Below are positions 50,938 to 61,236 of a stretch of 64,000 bases of DNA, in pieces. The notes under the pieces were generated by a model that did not search any database, was not told the origin of the DNA, and worked only from the letters and a program-made list of their open reading frames with translations. How positions within the stretch are numbered: the first letter of the stretch is position 1; every line of letters begins with the position of its first letter. The position numbers and the translations under genes were made by a program. Source of the DNA: Entomortierella parvispora E1425 (lineage: Eukaryota; Fungi; Mortierellomycota); the NCBI GenBank assembly GCA_020891255.1, contig BQFW01000006.1, positions 1,240,001-1,304,000 on the forward strand, read 5' to 3'.

Positions 50938-51978
50938 TTACAATAAATCTTGACTTGGAAGGGATTCTGGCATCCACTGGTGTTTTGGAGTAAGGTAATT
51001 TTCAAGAGTTGGCGGATCCATCCCGAAATACGAGGTGACGCTGTTCCCTCTACGAATGCAAGTGAGAATATTGGCGAACAGAGCAGACACGATGTAGTAC
51101 TTAGTCTGTCTCATTTTCAGAATGTTACTATGGGCCAACCAGCTCCAGTTATTGTCAATGAAGTCAAATCCTTTGTCAGCACAAAGAAGGGGACGTCTCA
51201 TGGATAAGTTGAAGCGGATCTCGGACTTGCTGAGGACTGGACCGCGATATGGACGACAAACTTGAAAGCAATCAGGATAATTCCCATCACCATAAATGAC
51301 CATCGGAGCGCCAAGAGTGTTATGACAGTGGGCATTCAAAATGATTGGAAGACAAGACTTGGTCAAAGTGACCGTGTCAGCTTCTGCTCCCGGATGAGGA
51401 CCGCTCAAATGGGCAATTATACCATCTGGACAGCAAACCGACTGATATTTCATTGAGTGCATCTGTTTCTGGGTAGAATATGTCAGGTTTGGCCTTTCCT
51501 TAGGTCGGCAGATCTCAATATGAGTCCAGGAAACAAATCCCCAGCAGTTTGTCAGCCTCCCTTTCATAAACTGAACTCGCGCTGCTAAACCCTCCAGATA
51601 TTCATCTCGTAGGCGGGTGTGGTCAAACTCCAAAAGATGCTTCCATTCGGAAAGGATGTACTCGTTAATGGTCTTGATTGCGTGCGACACAAAAGGAGAA
51701 TCACGAGAAAAGAGAGCGGCCATATCCTTGATAAGATGAGGATAACTCAATCGAAAGCAAAGCATGCATAGCGCCTGCAGTCTTGGAACGATCGCTCCAT
51801 TTGACAACTTTAAGGTTATTGGAAGAGCCAAGGCATTGGCAACCTGGAGGAGCTCAGTCCAAGTGAACCGATACGTCTTTTCAGGGCAGAGAGCTAACCA
51901 GGGAGCATCAAAAGGGAGGTCGTAGGCCAATGCAACATGGCGGCTAAGCTCGGCAAAGAAAGGGTGATCCTCGTCCAT
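50938..51978 (-). CDS. PIF/Harbinger (DDE_Tnp_4, HARBI1-like) nuclease homolog, full length but with altered catalytic triad
   Basis: YRF...ALALP...ALCMLCFRLSYP (HTH region), NCWGFVSWT (family: NCWGFIDGT), MKYQSVCCPDGIIAHLSGP, IYGD..YP, FNLSM and YFGMDPPTLENYL. An upstream intron ends just before the ATG. Confidence 0.88.
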   Translation of the reverse strand: MDEDHPFFAELSRHVALAYDLPFDAPWLALCPEKTYRFTWTELLQVANALALPITLKLSNGAIVPRLQALCMLCFRLSYPHLIKDMAALFSRDSPFVSHAIKTINEYILSEWKHLLEFDHTRLRDEYLEGLAARVQFMKGRLTNCWGFVSWTHIEICRPKERPNLTYSTQKQMHSMKYQSVCCPDGIIAHLSGPHPGAEADTVTLTKSCLPIILNAHCHNTLGAPMVIYGDGNYPDCFQVCRPYRGPVLSKSEIRFNLSMRRPLLCADKGFDFIDNNWSWLAHSNILKMRQTKYYIVSALFANILTCIRRGNSVTSYFGMDPPTLENYLTPKHQWMPESLPSQDLL

Positions 51979-52438
51979 CTACTGTCCAATAAAAAAAAGG
52001 AAGTTAGAGCAATTGAGAGTGAGTTCCACGGACAAGAGGTGTACTTAACTCACCTGAAGATTCACAGTAATGGGGTTGATTGTAACTAAGTAAGGCAGGT
52101 GCAGATAATAGTAGTAGAAAAGACGAAAGTATGTGCCGTATTTATTGCTCAGCGGAATGTTTCTTTTTGGGCAAGAACTTGAACACGAGAAATAAATTCA
52201 AGAGTGAAGTGCGAAAGTAGGCACCTTCGACTCAAAAACGAGAAGAAGGTTCAGGGGCTCAGGGGTAATTTCTTGTGAGCACCGTGAGAATCGGCCAAAA
52301 ATCAGTACTTGACGTTTTTTTTTGTGGCAGCCGTTACGCGTTTAAGGCACTAAAAGGCCTTGCGGCCAACTGAACCTCCACCACCACCTCTTATCTCCCT
52401 TAACCACCAAATACCCTTTTGCTTGGAAACCTCACCTC

Positions 52439-55400
52439 ATGTCGCTCCCTGAAAGCCATGTTAACGGCTCGCTCGAGCTTCTCGACGACGCGGATCTTCT
52501 TGAATTCTGGTGGCAGAGACATCTCACGGGCTGGGAGTTAATCCATATGGAGTTCCCACCTGTCCTTACGAAAGTCACTCCCACGTTCTTCACCAACGAA
52601 GAGCGACTTGCGACCTACTTCGACGAGCTTCAAGTGACACTATCTGACCTGAGTATCAACAGGCCGATCCCTCACCCAGCATCAGTCGCGGCCGCGATAG
52701 AACTGATTAGTAACGATTCTCGACCGGGTGTCGTACTTATTGGCAAGGTGGGATTCGTCTCCTTTCCCGCCCTTCAGGCCATGAAGCAAATCCATGACCT
52801 AATGGATATGTCAGCTTTGCTTCGTGATATGTTGACTTGGTTAAATGGCCCTGTTAAGATCGGAGCGGAAGTCGTTCGGAAAATGAGGTCCATTCTTCTT
52901 CAGAGTCCCAACATTTTGGGGTGAGTTATACTGTACATCCATAATCCCTGGCCATGGCAGTTTGTTTTTAACACATCTAATCTGGCCGTTTTTATCCTTA
53001 GACACGGCTTTAAGGCTTACAATGGTACCGTCACCAGTATCACCGACCTCCTCCAGCTTAGGCACGAAGAGTGGCTGTCGGGACAAGTCATTGACGCGGT
53101 TATGAAAGAGTTTGCAGCTCAAACCAGCGGCGATGATATCTTCGTTCCTTCGACAGCCCTTCGTATTAATCTGAATGTCCATGAGCGGGAGCAACAAAAG
53201 AAGCAGTGGGACTACATCAAGACCGCCATCCTTCATTGCGCCATTGCCGAAAGGAAGGCATTTGCGATTGTCAACATTGGACGCCATTGGGCTCCTGTGG
53301 TCATCGACTTTGCCGCCAAACGAACGTCCTTCGGCCACTCGCTGGATGGGGGACAATCGGATAAATTAGGTGAGGAGGTTGGTCGCACCATTGCCAGGAT
53401 GTTGAAACATTGCATGGTGCCAGAATATACGGCATTCAAGAAAGTCCATGAATTGGAGGTACCCCAACAAGGCATCGATGGAGGCTCCTGTGGTGTCATT
53501 GCTCTTAATGTTATTGAGAGCGAGTGCCGGCCATTTCATCTCATAAAAGCCTGGACGGTGGCCACTAGCAAGAACCATCGGCTGTGGTATATGTATGTTC
53601 TGACCGGACAAGACTGGACGAACAAAGTACGTATATGTTGCCGTTGATCACTTTCTACTGAGTCCAATTACTTACATACTGTCCAATTGTCCTTGCAGGG
53701 CGTGTCTTCCTTGTTTATCGAGGACCCCACCCCTCCAGACCAGTCTCAACAGTCACCTTTTATCATCAGAAAATCTCACGGAATAACTCAGGTGACTCAC
53801 AATACCGCCATAAAAAGGCGCGATGAAAGAGTTGCCGACAGAGTTGTCAATATCGCTTCCGATATCCCGGTTGTTCAAGGGAAGGGCGGGGATCATGACA
53901 TCCCTGTTATTGAAGAGAAGGAGAAGGAGAAAAGAGAGGGAACCCCTGACATCCTTGATGCTCAGGATGGGGAAGACCTTTATATCTACTACGACCGATA
54001 TCTCCTCAGCGATAATCGCTTTCATTGTCCATCGGAGGATTATGATGACGACCTTGATGACAACGACCATGATTACGACGATCGGGATCTTGAGGGCAAT
54101 CTCTATTCCAACTATGAAAGCCCGTGTGGAGGGGAGGCTGATGCTCGTGAAGATGAGCGCGAACCCTGGTATGAAGAAGAATCCGATTGTGAGGACCACC
54201 AGGACTCCAAGAATTTCCAGGATACAGAACATGAAAGGGTTTTCGTTCCTATCGAGAAGGTTCGTTGCACAAAAAAAAAAAAAAAAAAAAAAAAAGAGGA
54301 GCTGTGTCTGATGTTGTTCTGCCATTTCTAGAATCCACACACTCCTTTGCCCGAGGAACTGGACTCTCAAATCTTCAATTCTTTCTCGGATGCCATAAAT
54401 GCCGTTCGACAGTGGTCCCTTTCGTGTGGATTTGATATTCGAATCGCCTCAAGCAAAAAAGCTATCACGCGAGTGGATGAGTACGTTTCCTTGCAATGCT
54501 GGCGTGTGCGAGGCAAGGCCGAACGACTAACGCAGTCCCTTTTTTACAGAGGTTCTAGAATGTACAAAAGGGAGGAAGCATAGTCCTAAGAAGACCTCTG
54601 TACCTGAGTTGGAAAGAAATAAGACCTCGATTCGCTGCGACTGCAAATGGTACATTCAACTCCGTGCAGCAAGCAAGGACGGGAAGGACTGTACCGTTTA
54701 TCGGAAGAACGACACTGCGGCTCACAACCACAAGATGATAGCTCACGCCGAGATATTTAGTCCCTCGAGACAGAGGTTAACAACACCCATGAGGGAATGT
54801 GCTCAAGAACTTTCAGCAGCAGGGGCGAGCATGCCTGTTATCAGGGAAGTTCTCAAGAGGCGAAACCCCGAGCGGTACTTCTCTGGGAGAAGAGTGTCGA
54901 ACGCAATGGCAAGACGAACTACCGGCTCTCACGGCGCGAACAACGCCCAGCGTCTGGTAGCAATGTTGACGGGTTTCCGCAAGAAGGATGAGCGATGGTA
55001 TGCTAAAGTTCAGACGGACAACAATTCGGTCATCAGACGCGTCTTTTGGATGGATCCACTCCAAAGGGATCTCTATTCACGATACCATGATGTAGTGATG
55101 AACGACACAACATACAACACCAACCGCTTCAAAATGCACCTCAACGTCACCACGATTGTCGATGCTGAGGGTGCAACCAGAGTTGTGGCATGCGCCCTTC
55201 TTAGCAAGGAGACAAGATCAGATTTTTTATTTGTTCTTTACCATTTATTCAAGGCGAACGGCAATCGGCATCCGCATGTGGTCGTTAGCGACGATGACAA
55301 GGCATTTGAGTCGGCGCTCATTAAGTTGTCCCCCAATACTCACATGGTAAACTGTCTGTGGCACTTTTCGAAGAATCTTTCGAACATCTCCTGCCAGGTC

Positions 55401-56802
55401 GGAAAGGAAGAGTACGAAAAGTTCAAAAACGGATTCTGGATTGCTCAGCGAACTATAACTCGGCGAAATTTTGAAGAAGAGTGGCAGAGAACTCTGGACT
55501 TTGCATTCCCTGATTTGGTCCCCGGGAGTCCACTTGACAAGAGGCTACAGTATATCTACAGTCGAAGCCCTTATTGGGCTAAGCCATGGGTGGGGACACT
55601 CCTCACGCTTGGGATACAGGCTTCACAGCGAGTTGAGAAAGCACACCATCTGATCAAACTCAAGGCGAACGGCAACACAGGCTTGGATGAACTCTTCCAA
55701 GTCATTCAAAAGAAGATCGCGGATGAGAGCATCCAAAATAGGTACCTCGCTTTCCTCGACGACTCCAAAGACGGTGTCAAGGAGAGGTATAAGGGATATG
55801 ATACCTTTCAAGCCGTCATATCGGAAAACGAGCGATTCCTAGGACGATTCGGTCAAAACAAGATGAAAGAGGAAATCTCCTCTTCTTTTTCTTATGAAGC
55901 AGAACTCCATGAGCACGATGAAGTAAGTAGAGTAAATGCTGGGGAACGGTCGCCTGTCAACTATAATCCATCTAACCTTTTTTTTTTTTTTGTAATGGCT
56001 GACCAAGTTGCGACGATATTTTAGGGACCCAGAGGACGAGGGGCAGATACGTCTATCTACTCGACAAGAAGTTCGCCTGTCGACATTGGGGGCCTTGCTA
56101 AGTGAACTGAGCGACTCGGAGATTGAGAGTATCCACCTTGTTTCTCATCTCGAAGAAAACGACGCATCGTGGGTTCTTCTCTTCAGGGATGGAGGATATC
56201 TGTGCACATGTCTCAAGTTGCAGAATGTGGGGATTGTGTGCAAACACTTTTTCTACATGATGCGGAGAGATCATGCCTTTAGATACCATATCCAACTGGT
56301 GCCCATGCGGTGGTTCCAAGAGCGCTGGCAAGACACCGAGAACCTCAATCTTTCGTCTCGGCCCTTCTTGTCTGTTTCTCCGGTTACAAGAGGACCCGAC
56401 CTTGCCTTCCTAGGTCCCCGACATCCTTCTCTGTCCGAAAAGCGCGTTCGGACTCCATGCTTGACGTATATGGAATCTGCTTCGAAGCTATTCCCCGAGT
56501 ACGGTGCTATCCCCGCTGTAGAACGAAGAGAGCAGGCTCGGCGAAGCCGCTTTGCTGAGTTGCAGGGCAATTCAAAGGAGTTGGTGCGAATGGGAGCAGA
56601 CCATCCAAAGCTGGCAGCTATTTACGCTAAAGCGATGAAAAAAGCCGAGGCACAGATGAAAAAAGTAATTGAAGAAATGACGGGCCTGCAGATCGTAAAA
56701 GACCCGATAGTTTTACCGCCCAAGGGGAAGGTCCCAACAAAAAGGATCAAGTCCAGCCAAGAATTATCCATGGCTTCCAAGAAGTCCAAAGGCAACTTCT
56801 AG
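52439..56802 (+). CDS. Predicted 1332-aa Ulp1-like protease / FAR1 / MULE DDE / SWIM fusion transposase (6 exons)
   Basis: Exons 52439-52920, 53002-53626, 53699-54259, 54332-54480, 54536-55922 and 56008-56802 total 3999 nt in one frame with GT-AG introns. Motifs: DLLQLRHEEWLSGQVID, GRHWAPVVID and QQGIDGGSCG (Ulp1); GFDIR...RCDCKW...HNH (FAR1); NDTTY, VSDDD, CLWHF and QRVEK (DDE); CTC-x9-CKH (SWIM). Confidence 0.82.
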
Positions 56803-57287
56803 ATATCTACATACAACGGCCTGCAGATAGTGTAGAATTAGAGCAGGAAAGAGGAGAATAAGAGGAGAATAATATCCCAATCTTGAGAGGTGGTAATGGA
56901 TAATTTTTGTAAAGCCCTGTTTTCCTAATAAAAGAACATAAACTTATATTAATAGTGTGGAGTATTACTGTCTTCATGCAGCGGACAATTGAAGGCAGCG
57001 GACAATTGTAGGAGAGATGATCATTGAAGCCATGTCTCCCAAAAAAAAAAAAAAAAAAAAAAGAAAAAAAAGTTGTGCTTTTTTGAGCTGCAGGCTTCAG
57101 AAAGGATGGATACCAGGAAAAGAGGGTGAGAGGACTTCAAAGAGCAGAATGGAGATGCCCCTACGACCGGAGTCTTCTTCGTGATATTTACAACTGAAGT
57201 AGGATGAAGGTCATGATCGTAGGGGAGAACGCAGGCTGCTTTGCCAGTTTCGTATTGTGGCGTCAAAGCGCTTGGGAATGCTAGTGT

Positions 57288-57422
57288 AGTTAACTTAAAA
57301 TCAGCGGCCGACAGATAGGGACATGGCCGACAAATAAGGGGGAACGGACGACAAATAAGAGCAATTGAGAGCAGGGACGACAAATAAGATCTTGTCGGAC
57401 GGGCCGACAAATAGACGCTTCC
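57288..57422 (-). repeat. Right TIR with five CGACAAATA-like subrepeats
   Basis: Reverse-complement match to 48186-48310. Confidence 0.93.
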
Positions 57423-57431
57423 GGGAGTGTC
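57423..57431 (+). repeat. Right 9-bp target-site duplication GGGAGTGTC
   Basis: Identical to 48177-48185. Confidence 0.95.
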
Positions 57432-59009
57432 AGCGTGCTTAACAACGGCTCATCTTATTTTCTTTGGTCATTGTTTTGGAGGGACGCGTCGCAAGATTGC
57501 TCACCGATGGTGAAAGAGGAGTGGGCATGGGAAAAAGTATTGTATTTGTTTTCATGGTATCGAGGCTCTTGTATCGGACACGAGTATGTATGCACCCTGG
57601 CACGCGTCAGTGCCTCGGGTCGCACCATTTCCCCCCTGTTGGAACACCGAGTTTGGCACTTCAGCGAGAACGGCTCCCAACAGAAAGGGATGGAGTCGCT
57701 TCTTTGCGCAAACCTCACTAGCTTGTGATTTGTTGGACACAAACTTAGGCAAAACGGATGAACCTGCAAAGTCCCAGCTCCTTGTTTTTATTGATGGACG
57801 TGCCCTGGGATTCCCCATCAGGGAATAACACGATGGGAAAAATACTGGAGAAGACAAGTAGACAACGGCGGTCCCGACTCGCTTTACCCAACACAAACAT
57901 GCGCTCTTGCATAACAGCCCTCTCGCCCTCCCTCATATTTTTTTCTCAAGGCTCTCCAGGCGAAGCACGCCAGGACCCTTTTCACAGGACTCAAAAAAAA
58001 AAAAAAAAAAAGAGGTCCTTGCTCTCAAATTTTTCCAGAACAGCAGACACACCCTATTGCGCATGCCACTGTTTATCTACAATTGGAGCAAAATTGGGCG
58101 TTGGACACCAAAGGTTTGTTTTCGTCCTTCTCATCGAAATGGCGCGATCTGGACCTTTGTGAGTTGCCCGGGGAGGAATCTTGACTTTGCCATATGCTCT
58201 CTGCCGATTGAAAACAACGAAATACACTAACAATTGGATTGGTAAGTCAGTCAATTGCTCGGGTGGACAAAAGGACGAGACAACAGAGGAAGAGTACTAA
58301 GAACTGAAGTCAACTCCAATTGGTTCTGCTGTTTTATACTAATATCACAGACAGATAGACAATCGAGCGTGCTTGGAGCTCACCGAGGGCCCGAATTCAA
58401 CCCCTGGTTGTAACGACTTTCATCCGCCACTTGCCTGGACTAGCTGACTCTCTGCAAACTATTTTGAGAAGGAAGTCCTGCATGGCATGGCCATGACGCA
58501 TATTTGCGCCACCAATTTTGGATCTCGTGACATTTTTTTTACTTTCCAGCCCACGCGTCCACGAGCAACTCATCCCTCCGTCAAACAAACCCCCGTTCAA
58601 GATGATCAAGCAAGAGCTCGATACCTTCCCCCCCCCCCCCCCCCCCCCCCCCCCCCGAGGCTGGCGTCCTCCTATGGTGATGTCGATGACCGTGTCCGAT
58701 ATTGCCTGGCTGATGGGTTTGCTAACATCATGTGAGACTTGGATACGAACGACTGAAAAATCCCCGGTGACCTCGTGCCGGTGGTACCCTCGCTTACTCG
58801 TCTGTCCCTACTGGTTCAACAAACACCAGCGACGCCAGCCGCGCTGCAGTGTCCAGGATCACAGTATTTGGATTGGTAGCTGCCGCCGTTGTATACCTTC
58901 TTTCAGAATTTATTTCAATACTTTTAGCCCAACAGCTGTATATAAAAAGAAAAGGGCTGCTCTCCTGTTTGCACACAAGCTATCGCTGCAGTGCTTCAAC
59001 AATCTTTGG

Positions 59010-60745
59010 GCATCTATGGATTGTCGGAGGGAGTTTTTTTTTTTTTTTTTTTTTTTGACGAGTTGGGATAGAAATGTTGATCTTTGATATTAGGAGGCGG
59101 ATCGATTCTCCAAGACAAGAGGAGCAAAGTGAACTAGGCCACAGATGAATGGGATAACATTTTACTAGTCGATATTGCTGTTGTAAGATTTGCGGGCCAA
59201 CATATTGGCGCCATATGGATCGGATCGAACGAAGCATCTGCGATAGAAGGAAGGAATTCTTCTTGCGATCGTAAATGTTGCGTTGAATGGGATGTGGATG
59301 ATCGAGAAAGTGGATCTATGGGCTGTCGGTGTTTTGACGAGTTGGGAGAAAGACGTGAATCTTTGATATCAGGAGGTTGATTGATTCTCCAAGACAAGAG
59401 GAACAAAGTGAACTAGGCCTCAGGTGAAAGGGATGACATTTTACTAGTCGACATTGCTGTTGAAAGATGTGCGGGCCAACATATTAACGCCATATGGACC
59501 GGATCGAACGAAGCATCTACGATAGAGGGAAGGAAATTCTTCTTGCAATCGCAGATGTTGCGTTGAATGGCATGTGGAGGATCGAGCAAGTGGATCTATG
59601 GGCTGTCGGTTTTTTGACGAGTTGGGCAAAAATCGCGAATCCTGGATTTCACGACATGAGTCGATGCTTCTCCGCGAGCGGAACAAATCCTACTTGGTCC
59701 AAGATGAAGAATATAATCTTTTACTAGTTGACATTGAGGGCCGAACGGCCTGCGCTAAGAACAGCAATGTTGACTAATGAAGCATAGTACCCGTCATCTT
59801 GGACCAAGTAGGATTTGTTCCGCTCGCGGAGAAGCATCGACTCATGTCGTGAAATCCAGGATTCTCGATTTTTGCCCAACTCGTCAAAAAACCGACCGTT
59901 CGTGGATCCATCAGCTTTTTGCTGGGTCACTCATTTCTTCAGATTTCCTTCCTTCTATCGCAAATGCTTCGTTCGGTCACTCCATATGGCGCCAATACAG
60001 TATGGAATTCTTTGAGCAGCAATGCCGACTAGTAAAAAGTCAACCCTTTCATCTGAAACCAAGTGGGCTTTGTTCCTCTCCCCGAGAAGCATCGATTCCT
60101 GTCGTAAAATCAAGGATTTGTGAGTTTTGCCCAACTCGTCAAAAAACCGACAGCCCATAGATCCACTTGTTCGATCATCCACATCCCATTCAACGCAACA
60201 TTTACGATCGCAAGAAGAATTCCTTCCTTCTATCGCAGATGCTTCGTTCGATCCGGTCCATATGGCGCTAATATGTTGGCCCGCACATCATTCAACAGCA
60301 ATATTGACTGTAAAAAGTCATCCCTTTCACCTAAGGCCTAGTTCACTTTGTTCCTCTTGTCTTGGAGAATCAGTCCGCCTCCTGATATCAAAGATCCACG
60401 TTTTTCTCCCAACTCGTCAAAAACCCGACAGCCCACAGATCCACTTGCTCGATCATCCACATCCCATTCAACGCAACATTTACGATCGCAAGAAGATTTT
60501 CCTTCTTTCTATCGCAGATGCTTCGTTTGGTCACCCCACATGGCGCCAATCTTGAGTTGGCCCAGCACATCTTTGATCAGCAATGTCGACTAGCAAAAGG
60601 TCATCCCTTTCACCTGTGGCCAATTGCAATTTGTTCATCTCGTCTTGGAGAATCGATCCACGTCCTGATATCAAAGTTCTATGTTTTTCTCCCAACTCGT
60701 CAAAAAACCGATGGCCTAGAGATCCACATGCTATTCAACGCGACA
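59010..60745. repeat. Fold-back array of diverged ~280-bp units (about 2.5 units forward, about 3.5 inverted), centre ~59750
   Basis: The unit marker TTTTGACGAGTTGGG recurs at ~59053, ~59332 and ~59612. Its reverse complement CCCAACTCGTCAAAA recurs at ~59875, ~60130, ~60408 and ~60692. The core stem 59605-59707/59794-59896 matches at 102 of 103 positions. Confidence 0.93.
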
Positions 60746-60900
60746 AGACAACAACATATCTATCGTCAGATGAAGTAGTATGAACATTTCCCAGTATCTT
60801 TATTGAGGTTGGATCTCTGGATGACACGATCCATGCAATCATCCAAGGATCAAAGTCAAAGATGGGGAAGGTGTGTATGTAGCGTTTATTATCTTTTTTT

Positions 60901-61236
60901 TTACAAGGCGGGGTCGCACTGGGTAGGGCCAGTGGAGGGGATGCCATCCTGGCCAACGGAGGCACTGTTGACCCACTGGGCGTTGGTGCGCGTAGCTCCA
61001 GCACCAAGGACGGCAAAGTTGCCTGTGCAGTCGTTGGTCGAGAACAGCTTGACAACACCTCCGTCAGTGTTCTTGATCTTGGCCGTCTGAGTGGTCTCGA
61101 GGCAGACACAGAATCGGTTTCCAACAATAGGAATGTTGGCGGTCTTGCCGGCGTTGTTCCAGAGCTGAATGTGCCAAGTCTTGGCAAAGGTTCCGGCGGT
61201 GCAGAGGGCCAAAAGCAAAATGGTTGACTTGAACAT
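60901..61236 (-). CDS. Small secreted protein (111 aa) with 4 Cys in the mature part; beta/gamma-crystallin-like fold suspected
   Basis: Signal peptide MFKSTILLLALCTAGTFA; intronless; paralog of 62691-63041 (shared C.CL..TQT.KIKN.D.G..KLFSTNDCTGNFA and WVNS). Confidence 0.85.
   Translation of the reverse strand: MFKSTILLLALCTAGTFAKTWHIQLWNNAGKTANIPIVGNRFCVCLETTQTAKIKNTDGGVVKLFSTNDCTGNFAVLGAGATRTNAQWVNSASVGQDGIPSTGPTQCDPAL

Larger units (their letters stand above)
48186..57422. mobile_element. Complete Mutator-like DNA transposon (MULE), 9237 bp, carrying cargo genes
   Basis: Imperfect ~125-135-bp TIRs both start GGA. It is flanked by a perfect 9-bp TSD, the size typical of Mutator, and contains an internal MULE transposase. 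Confidence 0.96.

Noticed and set aside
48310-52430. Independent Harbinger TIRs and TAA/TTA TSD around the cargo pair
   Set aside because: Only a short AAGGCC match (~48431 versus ~52354) was seen, which is too weak to call.
6605-59056. Frequent 20-35-nt poly-A/poly-T tracts in introns and intergenic DNA
   Set aside because: They are spread evenly and look like a genome-wide trait, not a local system; their lengths are also error-prone.
59010-60745. Repeat array as a CRISPR-like or coding repeat
   Set aside because: The context is eukaryotic, units are ~280 bp with no unique spacers, and ORFs are short and not preserved between units.
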